Of a stretch of DNA of 64,000 nt, positions 25,101 through 40,100 are shown piece after piece; the first letter of the stretch is position 1; each line of letters begins with the position of its first letter. The DNA lies in the NCBI RefSeq assembly GCF_037042905.1, contig NC_087263.1, positions 9,054,001 through 9,118,000 on the forward strand, read 5' to 3'. This DNA is from Lytechinus pictus (lineage: Eukaryota). Made by a program: the position numbers and the translations under genes. The notes under the pieces were generated by a model. The model saw only the letters and a program-made list of their open reading frames with translations. It was not told the origin of the DNA and searched no databases.

Positions 25101-28100
25101 TAAGACCAACTTTTAAAAAAGGTTCTCATATACTTTCAAAACCTCTCATATACATGTACATGTACTTTCAAAACCAAAATATATAATTTAAGCAGGAAAG
25201 TGAATTAGACTTCCCTGATCTGAGTGTAACACACCGACTTCCAACTTGTGTCTTGCACAAGAATAAGGAGAGATCATTGACCTCATCGCGACCCCTCGAG
25301 AAAGTTTGGGAGAGGATTTACAAATTATGACACAACATGGTGGAGATAATGTGTCACTACGTGCAAGACATACTATCTCAAGCCTCTCCTTTTATAATTT
25401 TTTTCTGAAAAAGAAACCTTCTTGGTTCTATATCTTAGTGCTTTTTTACCCAGTACTATTTCATCTTTTTTCTCACAAATTGTTATTGTTTGTATTTTTT
25501 TAGTTCTCTTGGTAATTTGAGGATTACCGGTACACAAAAATGTATAAAAGAACATGTTCTATTCATTAACCTGCCATTGGAGATTAAAGTTTACACTTGA
25601 TGAAACTATCTGTATAGCATCAATTCTAAAGCAGCTCCATTTTTAGGTTTGGTGCTGCGCAGATGTAACACCAACACCAAAAGATCAACATGAACATAAA
25701 TTGAAATCACCCACCGTGCCAATAATCAACATAACAATTACACCAAAATGTTGACACCAAACTTGAGTTGAAATCACCCACTGTACTGATGTAATTATCG
25801 ACCTAACACCAATACCAAAAGGTCAGCGCCGAACTTAAGTTGAAATCACCTACTGTGCTGATGTAACACCAACACCAAAAGGTAAACACCAAACTTAAGT
25901 TGAAACCACCTCCTGTACTGATGTAATAATCAACGTAACACCAACAGTGAACGGTAAACACAACTTAAGTTGAAATCACCTGTGTTCATGTACAAATTGA
26001 CCCAACACCTCCTGTACTGATGTAATAATCAACGTAACACCAACACCGAACGGTAAACACAACTTAAGTTGAAATCACCTGTGTTCATGTACAAATTGAC
26101 CCAACTCCAACACCAATTATGTCAACACCGCACTTGATTCTACTTTGCTTCCTTATTCCATCCCCCTTTCAAATACTTACCTATTCTGTTTATTATTTAT
26201 GTACTCCCTATTTTCGTGTGTGTGTCTTTCTCTCTCTCACTCTCTCTAGCCATTTCCTATCCTACCTCCCATCCAACACACAGCATTAAACTAAAATCCG
26301 CCCATTTTCAAAGCTATCTAAATCAATTAATCTGAAACTAATCCAACAAGTATCAAAATCTTGGCCAATGCCCAGTGTATTGTACCTCTAAACTCCTCGC
26401 TTGCACCATGCTGTGTACGGCTGTGTTCAGGTAACCCCAGAGACGCTGTTTTCAAAGACGTTTTGCTTAAAACACAGTTGCCGTCACAGGATTTTTTATC
26501 GGTCAGTCATAGACCTAAATTCATTGATTTTACTATGCTGCATAGGTGTACAGATGCGTTCAGGTGACCCAAGAATCAGTTTTCAGAGACATTTCATTTT
26601 AAAATGTAGATAAAGTCACACAATGTACTTCTGCACTCCCTGCTCTATGTTTACACCACACTGTGTGTATAGGTGTGTTCAAGCAACCCAAGAATCGCCG
26701 TTTTCAAAGACGTAAAGCCTCAAACGTACATGTTGCTCCATTTACACTCAACACAATTTTTAACCGATATTAATATTGTATTTGGCCCATATTCTCTGAA
26801 GCCAAGTTTATCTATAAAGGCGTTCATACAAATTGATACAATGTGTGGGAGCACAGCTTGAAATGAGAGAAAAGTATTCACACAATATCTCTTTAAAATT
26901 CAACTTTGTTTTTGATGCCGTTTTTATTTCTGATTTACGATTGCGATTCTATTTTAAGAAAATCACCTGAACACAGCCTCCGTTCACAGCTAGTAGTCGA
27001 TGAAAAGCTGTTGATATTTTCTTACACAATTCATGAATCCATCCATGGCTTTAATGACAAACTGTTTTCATGCCAACTTTAAACCACAAAGTAAATTGAT
27101 AGTCCTTGATTTATCGGTAATTCAACTTACGAACACATTTAAAGATTTCATGAACAGCTTTTAATACATGTACATGTTTTATATGCACTGTATGTGTTGG
27201 GTAGATCACCATGTGTATAATAGCACAAAAAGGTTTCTAAAAATCTAACAAAATGTTGTCTCCCTCTGTCTCACTTTCTTTCTCTCTCCCTATCTTCCTG
27301 TCATCATACAAAAATACATCACTTTTATTTCATCTATTATCTTCATCTTGTCACACATCACCTACAATCTATATAAACATTTTGATCAACAACTATTCTA
27401 TAACAAAGGAAAATAATACATCCCCCGCCTCTCTGAAAATCTTGATTAACAAAGGAAAATAATACATCCCCCGCCTCTCTGAAAATCTTAATTCATTTCA
27501 CCCATGTTGAGGAGGTGTAGGGATATGAATAATGCACACATAATAAATTAGTCTTTCTCTGTATAATGGGACACTCTTTTCCCCCATTTCTCCATTCCCA
27601 AACCTTTAAAAAAATCAATTAGATATAAATTTTTATCAACCATTTTGGGGTGGGGGTTAATTGTTTATAAATTCACCATCAAAAGGCTAATTACTTTCAG
27701 TTTCTGAACATGATCAGTGCTACAAATGAAAACAAATATTCTGACAAGACACTATATCATTAATATATTCCTATTTGTTGAATGAGTAGATCTTTTTAGA
27801 AAAAAAATTATATCTATAAAACAGGTATGTGAAACAGGGAAAAAATTTACTTCTCAAATTTGATTAGCATTTGTGGTTGTTGGAGAAAAGCTTTCATCTA
27901 TGTTCTGTACAGTTCTATGTCAAAAATGGCTTCACAAATGACATTTTGTGTAGCGATCATAAAATTTAAAATTGGAAAAAACAGAAAATTGCAATGCGAT
28001 ACCAGGAAGATTATTCCCTGGTGACATATAAGCTTGATGTACATGTAAGTGTTTCAATTACCAAATTAACACCTGCCATATTGGTTGGATTTGTCAAAAC

Positions 28101-31100
28101 ACACAATTTCTGGATTCAGTTAAACCACTTTCTGTGCCATAGCCAATGGGTTCATATGATGCAGATACATGTACTATAAATTATAGAAATTTCTGAAACT
28201 CTGGTGTAATATCAAAATATCCATAAATGATTTACTTTCTCTGAATTATTCAAATTATAGGAACCAAGCCACTGCTTTTATTAAAGTGATTGGTTAACAT
28301 TGGTTTGACTTTTAAAAATCTGAGCTAGAAGGTCACACTTGTCACCTGTGTCTGTGATATGTTAAAAAAAAGAAGCCCAGAAATAATTGCGTTCGAAAAT
28401 AATTATTTAGTGCTTCAAAAATTGAAATATAAAGTGACCCAAAACACCATCTTAATTTCATCCCATACACTTATGTGTACTATTTAGGCGTCTATAAGAC
28501 GCCTATTTACAAAATCGGGGTTTGCCTTGTAGTTTTAGCTTTTCATTCTCAATAATGGTTGTTTTCAGGGTTTATTAGTTCTAATACATGCACTAGTACA
28601 CATGTTTCATCTTGGTTTGAGAATTTTTTAAATCGGCTGCTCACAAAGTTAAACAATACCTTTAATAAGGCTTTTGGTAAAGACTTTGGATCTCTGGTTT
28701 ATTTCGTGCTACATGTAAATTCTGGTGTTTTTTTGTTAATTCCTCTCTTTTGTTCCTCCTTAAACCCTTTAAAATCAACCTTCACCTCATTCTCCGCCTC
28801 TTCCTTCTCCTTCTCCCCCTCCTCATTATCCTTTCCCTCCTTCCACCATTCACTTTTCCTTCCCGCTCTCTTCCTCCTTTTTATTCTTACTCCTCCTATT
28901 TTTTCCTCCTTGTTCTTCATCTCTTTCATCTTCCTCCTCTTCTTTCCTTCTGGACGGGTATACATGTACATATTTCACATGAAAAATGTGGTTGTGATCA
29001 TCGAGGGAGTACATGCATCATATCAGTATTGAGTCTAATAATTAAACAAATTTAAGGAATGGTTTTTAATCATTTCACTAATTTAGAACTTTAGAAATCC
29101 CCATAAATATGGCTCAGGAAAAGGAGACTCTACAAGGGGATAAGGAGATTGAAGAAAACTAGAAAAAGTTCACAAAATCCCTTAAAGATCTCGTCTGGTG
29201 AAGTCGATGATTAATTAAGATATTTCGGGGGCAGAAATAGCAATTTGACGATTCTTCTAAGCTCCATAATCTGGTGAAAACACTTTTTCTACTCCACCCA
29301 TTTTGGAAGGTTGGCCTAATGCAAGTGTAACATAGACCTATGACGATAGTTGTATATTCTAGACCCATTATATTAATCATTTGTGTACATGTAGCTCAAT
29401 ACAGATATAAATGAACATCATCACCAAGAACTTCTCAAGCTTTATGTTTTTCTAAGAATTTCACCAATGAAGTAAAAGCTACAAGAACTTTATATTGCTC
29501 AATCCAAATTAAAACTGACCATGACGATCTCAGTCAACCAGCCAAATCATTGTCATTGTTACAGTTGCATTGGATCATGCATTCAACATTCGACTTGCAC
29601 ACAATTGGTTTGTTTCGTTTGTTTGGGATTTTTTTTTTTGGGGGGGGAGAAGACTCTGACAAAATATAAATACATACCCCTAACAGTTACAGGGCAACAT
29701 TTCATTTCATCCTTTTTCTTCATGTTTTCATGACATTTGCTAGAATTTTATGAAAATTTAAATTCAGATATATTTTTTTTCTATAACTTACATTGAGATG
29801 CCATGATGTTTATCTCATGCAAAGCCAGTTTGAAATACACTATTATCCTACTGCCATTCAAAATTCTGTATCTATTTTGTATTCACTGTCAAATTGTGTG
29901 TATCTTAGACTACGCTCAGAGAACAGTGGCTTAAATTCTGGATAGAGGCAAGAAGATATATCTGGATATGAATATTTTCTTTTTCTTTCTAAATCTTCGC
30001 TGCTAATCCAAGGCTAGTTTGGTGGACAGCTGTTTGGAAATACGGGACTTCCTTTTAATATATCAACATGAGGGTTTAAAGAGAAATTTAATCGTTCCTA
30101 ACAAAGACTTATAGTCGGTAAATACTGTCATTGTCCATCTAGCCTACTTCTTTTGGCAGGATGTGGTTTTGCAGACAACTTGCTTGACCCCTATATTAAC
30201 ATATTTCTGGAACGACTTTATGAACTTATTCTGATTTTTATATGAAGTTCTTGAATTGAAAACATTTTGATAATGCTGTCAGCAAGACTAGAATCAATAA
30301 TTAAGTGGACTGTGGACTGATTGCTAAAGAAAGCATGCAAGCAACCAAAGGACCTGCAGCTTAAGGTCCTCTCTGAGGGACCTGGTAATGAAGGGCACTA
30401 GCGCACCGAGTAGGAATTGAACCCGGGACACCGGAAACCCAAACCCTTGCACTACCAACTGAGCTAACACGCCACCACCACGGTAATAACATGGGTGACA
30501 TTCGTCATCATCGTCAGACCTTGTTTTTCTGGCAATTCATACAAATTGTTTACATTTGATGTTGATGTTTACCTCATAAACATTAGGCTGCTCATCTTTT
30601 ATCTTATTTAGATCCAGGAGCATGGCCCATACTGTTCCTCGCATCTTGTCCGGGATGCCTTTGTATATTCTTCTCGTCAACTGCAAGGAAAACAAATAGG
30701 AAGAAAAGAAAACACAAAAAGAGCAAAGTCAAAGGTGATGTTAAAACGTTTGTTAAAAAAGCAACGCACCTGTGAAGGTTTGGTGAAAATAAAGAAAGGA
30801 ATGAGAGAGTTACAATTTTTTTATTTTAATTTTGTGACATCACAACAAGCAGTTCTTCCATGTCACATGAAAATATGAAATATATTCTATAAAATGCAAT
30901 TTTCTTTTTTAAAAAATGAAAGTTATTTGTGTATTCAATATTACCCCCTTCTAAAATATTTTTAATTCATCATGCACTACTCAAAAATGGAAATTAATGA
31001 AAATTATGTTACATGTACATTACATTACATTACAAGGTCGAATCAATCCCAACAGCAAACTCATTTGAATGACTTTTAGAGAAAGAGCAAACAAGCATAA

Positions 31101-34100
31101 CCCTCACAATAGCTGCAAATATTTCAATCAATTTTGTAAATATGAAAATAAAGCTCTTGATCAAAACATACACAGAAAGTGACAATAATGACAATTTATT
31201 TTATGTTAGAGGAGTCAAACCATGGTTACAATTTACATATACATGCAAGGCTCGACATTAGCGGTGGCCCGGTGGCCCGGGGCCACCAAAAATTCACCTC
31301 GGGCAACCATTATTGATAAAATGTTAAGTTTTGGTGGCCCGAATCGGGCAACCAATAATTTTCAAAGTAGCGCAATTTTTCTCCCAATTTTGCACGCATT
31401 TATCAACTTTCTACAGCTCAAATTGCAAGCCAGTTCGTCATGCGCCTTTTTTGTTGATCTACACACAAATACACACACACACAGTTTGCATATTAGGCCT
31501 ACAGCTATAGCATACAGTAGCTATTATCCAGCCAGCCGCGCCGGCCGGCTGGCGTGAGCTTTGCATGAAGCCACTGCATACAGCTGTGCTCTAGATCTAG
31601 CTCAGCCTATTCAGACTCAGGGAGCTGCGATAAAAAATGTTGCTGCTGAGAAATCTTCCACAGAACTTTGAAAATCTAAGTCAAAGTCACCTTTTACACC
31701 AATGAAATGAAATTCTACAGTCTACATTACGAAAATCTGGTGTACCCTGATTATTTGCAAGTATTAAGAAGAGGAATTATGACCTCTCTTTTGACTCAAA
31801 AAGACCGATTTCCACATGAATTAATACACATAAAAACACATAGGCAAGTACATCACAGTCCCACGTGTGCATTTGTATGTATGTTGATACTTGGTTTCTT
31901 TCGAAGCTGTGTATTTTCTAGCCTTAAACAAACAGACAGTTTCTTTCTTTCTTGTTTATAAATGACTTCTTAAACCACTCTTGAGAAAGTAAATACTTTG
32001 GGAAGGCATTTCATTGATATGAAATGTGATTTTTTTTCCAACATTTTGGCAAATTATAGGGAAGGACTTTTCTCACACTTTTTTTCCAATATAGTTTTTT
32101 CCGTTTTCTTTTTTTTTCTTTCATTTTTTTGGACAGTGGTTAAACCATTTATACCCCTTCCCATTGAATATGCCTGATTAAAAAATATGTTTCTACTGAA
32201 AATAAAATAATACAAACTAAAGGATATAAAAATAGAAATGTGCCATTCCCAAAAGGTAAGTGAAAATTATATGCTTGGCTTTTAATTATATTCCAGTCAG
32301 AATAGACTGTTGCCACAGCTGTTGAAAATATATGTAATGGCTTCTTCCTCCTCAGGACGACAAGAACACACTTGTCGAAACGTCGAGATTGGGTGGTCCT
32401 TTCAGGACCAACATATGCCCAGGAAAGATACATGGTGTACCGTGAAACCTACTACACTAAGATGTATAAAGTGAAAGGAACTTAGTGGTAGTGGCTGCAG
32501 AATTAATATTTCAGAAGTTTGTTTTATTCATTTTTTATGTTTTTCTTTATATTTTTCGGGCCACCAAACTTTAATATCGGGCCACCAAAAAATTTTTTTT
32601 GATGGTTTTGGTGGCCCGAACGGGCCACCACCAAAAAAAGTTAATGTGGAGCCTTGTACATGTATACACGTATACATCCCTGTCTCTCCATTTATTTCTC
32701 TCAATGTACCCCGCCCCTACATTTCACTAGTTCTCTAATCCTTCAATCTAATAACATAGTCTGCTGTGCAAACCCTTCACTCGAGTAAAGGGTCTGAATT
32801 GCAGCCTACTCATGCCTTGTGTACTGAAGGCCAACAGCACGTTTTGTATGTGCTAGTCTTTGCGTGGAGACACACAAGTTTGTTAATCAAAGTTTCAATC
32901 AGGGTCTGTGCCTGGAGACTACTAATAACAAGTGAATGCCTTAATAGTGAACTACCGCTCTCTATCCCAGAAAAATAAACACTGTACTGTACATGAATCT
33001 GTGACGGACAAGAACTAGGCCGCGTGCCATCTTTAATAATTAAAGAATCCAACGTGACCTCTTCATGCACTCTCATCCTCTTGGAAGCCCGTCTCATGAA
33101 TAGCATTCAACAACTCATTAACCCTTTTCATCTCAATATCACCATGTTATTCATGTTTAGGGAAAAATTCAGACTCACAAGAAAGCTTAGGACGTTAAGG
33201 AATGTACAAAGCATGCATATTCTTGTTGTATGTCTACATAATAATACTATTATCACAAATATATGAAATGAAGATAAGCGGATGTAGGGCTGATGCCTAA
33301 AAACAGAAATGTTATTCTAAGATTTTTTTTTTTCCAGAGACAAATTTCATGGGGAAGCCCCAAAAGTGGAAGAGGAGATGGATTTTTCTCAAACCTTCAG
33401 CAATATATTTTATTATTTTGCAGCTATTTTTACAGTAAACGTTTTTTCAGGGTGAACTTCCCCTTTAATGCATCAATAATCCAATGATCTTTCAGCAGTC
33501 AGAGGGTTACCTCTGGCAAGCCGACAAATGAATGCAGCAGAGAAGCAATTGTTCTGACTGATGAAAATTAGATAATTATTAAACATTGGAACTTGACAGG
33601 AAAGTTCTGTAAACAAAATATTACAGTGTTATAACAGGACTGATGATAAATCAAATCATCATATTAATTCTGTATCTTCTTGGTGATTTCTGGGAAATAA
33701 AAAGCATTACACTTTTTTACAGGTCAGTTCAGGTATTACACCAACCAAAGTTGCTTCTAATTAATTTCATTCAGATTACTTCATACTTTTCCTTTATACT
33801 TTTATACGTTTAAAGTGCAGAGGGGCATGTGCAAATGTGCAATGCACTTTAAAATATTCCAAGTACAATGATAATTATCATCGTTACTATTTTTATCATC
33901 ATTATTATTCTCATTATCTATATTATTATTATCATCATTATTCAGGGGTGTGAGTGGTCACTAATAAAAAGATCTGAAAAAAGCTGAAGAGTGTTGAAAA
34001 AGTCAAAAATAGAAAGAGCTCCCATACTTTTTGTACAGATGAAAGCCAAAAATAAGCTGAAATTAAGCCGAAAATCAAAACAAAAAATATGAAATCAGCT

Positions 34101-37100
34101 AAAAATCTGAACTCTCACACCCCTGGTTATTGTAATTGTTAATGAATTATTACATATACATATTTTTCCCATTTGCATCCGATTGTGATAAAATTTTCAG
34201 TGCTTTGCTAACAATACTGCTGGTGTGGACTTGACCTTAAAAATACCTACCTTTTCACTGGAGTAATACCTCTTCCAATTCTTGGCCATTTTCAACCATT
34301 TCTGTGTTCTATCCAGTTCCAACTCTTTTGCCTGCATACAAGATTGAAAAAAATATAGAAAAAGAAATTGATAGGGGTGTCAGACAACCAAAACCAGAAG
34401 AATTTGTGGAGGTTTACCAAAATCTGCACTGTGGGGCCCTGAATTATGTCAGTGCATGCAATTAATACCACCCTTTCACATGGTAAAAAAGTTGTAATTT
34501 GAATGATTCCCGTGAAAAATAGCGCTAATGACAATAGCACGTGTGAAACCAAACTAGAATCACCAAACGCTAATCACAATCACAAATTCAAATCTACTCC
34601 GGAGATGAATTCCAGTTAGGTTTCACTCAAATTACGGTGCGAATTTTACGTGTGAAAGGCTTGACCTACAAAACATATTTTGGGGGCGGAGCTTACATGT
34701 ACGTGTCCTTTCAAGCACTTCCGTAGATAGTTGTCATGCACTCATCATATCGATGCAGTGCTTTGATTGACAAGTCACCAAGGACACATGTATACCGTCT
34801 TTGCCCAGGAATTTGATTTCAAATCACAGTTTTCAAGTGAGCGTGTGAAAGGTCCCATGATTTTCAAGACGAATCGCAATTATCAATACAATGATTATTC
34901 AAGAAGATTCATGTGTGAAAAGGCTGAAGGTTTCTAGAGGAATAAACAATGTGCTAAGAATGGCTTTGGCATTTTATGTACATAACTTGTACATAATTTT
35001 ACATGAACCTGTACATGTACATGCATATTCATTTTTTAATATCTAGAGCAAAACATTCACTTTTATAGATCTGTCTCCAGTTTTGTCCAGGAGAAATAAT
35101 TTCAACTTTCTTGAAAATTTACTTTGGACAATTGCTCAACAACAAGAAACTGGCAACAAGGAATGATTAAACCATGATGAATGATAAAAGAGAAATACAT
35201 TTTAAGACTATATATCAAGGGTTTATCACCAAGCCCTACCCCAATACATATACTATGCACTGGGCAAGTTGGTTTGACCTGTAATCCTACTTGAATATTT
35301 GATACACATTACCGGAAATTGGCTAGCTTCAAAAATCAATCGATAAAGATATTTCATTACACCAAACTTTAAGTCCACCAGCGCAAACTTTACTGCAATA
35401 TGATAAGCGTTTTCGCGAGAAAGATAATTGCCTGAAAATTGAAGAAAATTAAGTCTTGTACTCAGATAAAGTTGTCATTCGAAGTTTGAGAACAGTTCGA
35501 AGAGATAAGATTTTCATCGTTTCACGCTTCTTAACCCTGATACTGCCAGAAACATGTTGAAATATTATTTTAACTGGGTGTTGGGTTCGTTCTACACTCT
35601 ATAAACTTGGGTGTAAAAAATGACACCAGTTGATATCCCTAGAGCACCACACCCTACGATGTCAAAATTACACCCTAAGAATTGAAAATGACACCAAGAG
35701 TGTATAAATTACAACGTGTTGAACTACTGTAGCACCAAATATCTAACTTTGGAGCAAAAATGACAGGTGAAAGCCTTTAGCTACCTGTAGATTGTACACC
35801 AATCAACACTCAGTTTTTGTTGTGTCAAGCTACATAATTACAATGCTACATTAGTCCTCATCAATAAAAAAAAAAATAGGCCTATTATATACATTAACTG
35901 TACTCTAACCAAGACATTAAAGGAGAATGAAACTCTTGGAGCAAGTTAGCTTTTGTGAAAGCAGAAAAATCAAAGAATAAGATCAACAAAAGTTTGAGTA
36001 AAATAGGACTAGCAATAGAAGAGTTATGAGCATTTGAATGTCGAGATCACTAATGCTATGGAGATCCTCCCATTGGCAATGCGACCAAGATCTATGATGT
36101 CACAGATGAACAACTCTCCCCTTTTGGACACTGAAAATATACCCCAAAACATCTCTTTTTGTTCATTCTAATCATATGACAAACGATTCATCAATGATAT
36201 AATGTTGTGAAACCTCTGTACTTGTCCTCTCATAAAGAGAACACCTCACCTTGTGATAGACTCTATAAAAGTGAGAATATAAGTGAAATAAGTACTAAAG
36301 TAATGAGGGAGTTGTACGTGTGTGACATCACAGATCATGCTCGCATTGCTAATGGGAGGATCTACATGGCATTAGTGATCTCGACATTCAAATGCTCATA
36401 ACTTTCTTATTATTCATTCAATCTTCCTCAAATTTTCAACAATATGTTTCTTTGATTTTTCTCTTTGATATGGATTCAGCTGGTTTCAAGGGTTTCATTC
36501 TCCTTTAAACTGAAGAGAGCTTCATGAAATGATTTTTCTGTGATTGTCACTTTAGCATGATCTACCAAAGAATATTTAGGGAGGTGTTTACATGAAAACC
36601 TACCCTTCTTCATGATGTGAATATCTCATTTTGCTGTTAAAGGGGAATGAAACCTTTGGAATCAGTAGGCTTGTGTCGAAACAGAAAAATCAAAGAATAA
36701 GAACAAAGAAAGTTTGAGAAAAATCGGACAAATAATGAGAAAGTTATGAGCATTTGAATATTGCAATCACTAATGCTATGGAGATCCTCCCATTGGCAAT
36801 GCGACAAGGATGTGTGATGTCACATGTGAACAACTTTCCCTTTGATGGACCATATTATACCCTCAAAATGTCTCTTTCTGCTTTTTCTTGAGGTGATACA
36901 AACTCTTTATCCATGATGTATTCTTAAAAATCTGTATTACATGCCCTCCTATAGAAAGAACACACGATCTACTATAAATAGATGTGATAAAAGAGGTAAT
37001 TTAAGTGAAATATATACTAAAGTAATGGGGAGAGTTGTTCACAAGTGACATCACACATCTTTATCGCATTGCCAATTTGAGGATCTCCATAGCATTATGC

Positions 37101-40100
37101 TCATAACTCTCTCATTATTTGTACGATTTTTCTGTTTTCACATAAGCTATCTTGTTCCAAAGGTTTCATTCTCCATTAAAAATAAAGTGGCTCAATACTC
37201 CATCATGTGTGTATCATTAGCATACATGTACATAGAAAAAAAGGACATTACCCCGATATCCATCTTTCATGTTTAATTTAGCAATGTCAACAGTAAGGCT
37301 AATGGCAAAGAAAATGTAAAATCTCATGAAAGATCATATTCTCTCATTAAAAAGAGAGTTTGAAATTGATTCTTTTAAAAATAATAAATAAAAAATATAT
37401 ACATGTATAATGAACAAAGATATATCAAATTAGAGGAATAAGTAAATATACATTGAGAATTAATGAAGAAATAAACACAAAAGTGAACAGATTATAAAGA
37501 ATAAATATACAGTATGTGCAAAAAAATGAAATCAAATTGAAATTGAAATAAAAATGCAAATAAAAAATAAATCAAATATCAAATAACTACAAACCGAATT
37601 TGCAAAGTTGACTTGTTCAGTATGTACATGTAAGAATTAGACTTGGAAAAAAGGATGGAAAATGGGGGGGGGGGTGAACTTGAGTGGGAGGGAAAAAATA
37701 ATGAAAAGAACGTCTTAATATAGTGAAAAAAGGCACATTCTCATAATCAACTCAAAATGGAAATACCTTAAAAATCTTATATTTTCGATGAGTATCTTTA
37801 TGATACAAGAGGTGAATAGAAGGCATATTGACCATCTCGAGGCGAAGCTTTGGCATAAAAATATTCCACAAGAAAACAGACACCAACGACGATTCTGGAG
37901 CGCGTATATAAAGATTCCTGACAAGCAAAAAGGTCCTTTTGGTACCAACTGCAACGCACAATGTTCAGGAAATTCAGACAGCATCAACATTTGGAGAGCA
38001 AAAAGAACACTAAAAAGCTGAAGAAAACTCAAATTTTGTGAGGATAAATACCCAAGATTTGGGGAAGCTTGTCCGCAGTGCTGTAAAGAGCACCTGCGGA
38101 ACCAATGCTATGAAAGCAACAGGAACACGCACTTGTTGGCAAGAAACTGCATCAATAAAAGAAAGTCAAGCCTCAGCTGTGGTTTGGTGTGAGCAATAAC
38201 ACATGACTGGCAACTTGCTATCCAGAACTTCAGAGCAGTGCGACAAGTGAAGTATGGCCCTGCACTTATCTAGTCCCATTGCCAATAAATGACGTAAGTT
38301 CTGGGATCATGCGCACCAATGGGTTAATAAACAGACAAGAGTTCAACCCGATGGCACATAAATGCTTTCCTTCTTGAAGGCAGTCGGGGTCGAGGAAGAG
38401 ACCCTTTCTTCCTTCTTTTTGAAAGGAATAGGATACATGCCTAATTTCCAAGGCAATTTTTCAATTAGACTTGATTTTTTTGTGCAACACTGTCCTAAAA
38501 GCTGTTCAGATTCACATTCAATTCAACAAAACTCTAGTCTGTGCATGCTCATAACAGTAGCTTATGCCTATTTGTGATATTTCAAAATAATATAAAGGAT
38601 AATCCTGTTTTTAAGTGCTTTTAATAATTCATCAGTCATCTCTATCAAAACAAATTAAAGCAAAACAAAATCACTGGGTGTGTTCATCTAGCTGCTATAC
38701 GAAGGTCATTACATGTATACAAAAAATTGTTTCTCAAAGGACCTAAACATTTTTCCCCTTTTTTGAAAACTTTCCAATTTTCACTGTCACTCTCTGGAAT
38801 GCAAGTGTCAAAATTTTGGAACGAAGCCTGAAAAAAACAATGAAAGCTGGATTTCTACAGGATAGTGTCTGAATTACCCTGAATTCTTAAAACTCACTAT
38901 TAGTATAGTGCATTAATTGGATCAATTAATATTTTAAAGCCTTCTGGGATAATCACCATTCTTCAAGGTGACAAATTTATATGTTTTCATTCAATAGATG
39001 TATGATTTTTTTATTTCAAAGATTATGTACCAAAAACAGACATTATCTTGATAAATAAAAATCGTATTCTGTATAATTTGAGATTTGTTTAAACATTGCA
39101 ATTTTGATGTTTCCTTACTTGTTTTGTAATGGTATTCCATTAAACAATTTCTTATGCATTGAACGAACGATAATGACATATTAAAGTTTGAATATAAAAT
39201 ATTTGGTTATTTTTTACAATTTCTTCACATGTAACAAACTGTATTCACTTTATTCCAACATAACAGAATATATAAAAAGTAAGCCTTGATACTCTGTTCA
39301 AGAAAATCCTTGGAGTTAAAATTTTCATAAAATATCCCACTCCCCTCCTTTTGCAACATTCAAAAATCATGTGAGATATTGCAAGACAACACTTTTGCAT
39401 ACATGTACAGTAGTTCATGATACTGAGTTGCCTACAATACAGATGGAGGATATTGGTTTCCAAGGCAACAAAGCCTTCAACTTCCCACCACTGATTATGA
39501 AAAGAAAGACAATTAAAGGATTCCACTCCAAGGAACAAGTTTGGGCTTCTTGCCAAGAATTTGATTTCTGAAAAATTACATGTAACTCTCATCGCTGATT
39601 AGTTTTGTTTCAAAATGTATGTATTCTAGACAAAGGCGCCAAACAACTAGTTTTGAACTCAATATAATTATTTTGAATGCATAAAGCTCAATGAATTTAG
39701 AAGCCGCACCTCAAGAGCGAGCTAAAAAAAATGAAAAGCAATTTTACTCCATTTTTCTTTTGTCTTGTAAATTGATTTTTTTTTTATCAAAGTACCATGA
39801 AGAATGGTAAAAGATAATTTCAAATTCAAGCAAAAACTATATTCTACTTTTCCAGAGCATTGAATATGCTACCATTTTGAAACTACAATTTATGACGTTT
39901 CATTTTTTTTACAAAGACTTTTACATTTCAATACAAAAGTACAATGTGGAACTAAGCCAAACTGTCCATCAGCTTTTATGTTTTCAAGATATCACCAATG
40001 TCAAGTTACATTTTGTTTGACCTTCTCAACCTGGCTCAAGTTGAGCTGGTCCCAGTTTTAATGACATCATCCAGGGGAGTACATGTATTTCACGAAAAAC

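Noticed and set aside
28559..29055. Overlapping 90-157 aa ORFs (Phe/Ser-rich or Lys/Glu-rich)
   Set aside because: Low-complexity pyrimidine tract plus MITE sequence.
30395..30473. tRNA gene
   Set aside because: A and B boxes are present but there is no convincing cloverleaf, and it continues into a dispersed repeat tail, so it is a SINE head.
36207..36401. 64-aa ORF repeated at 62823-63017
   Set aside because: Conservation only reflects two near-identical MITE copies; non-ATG start.
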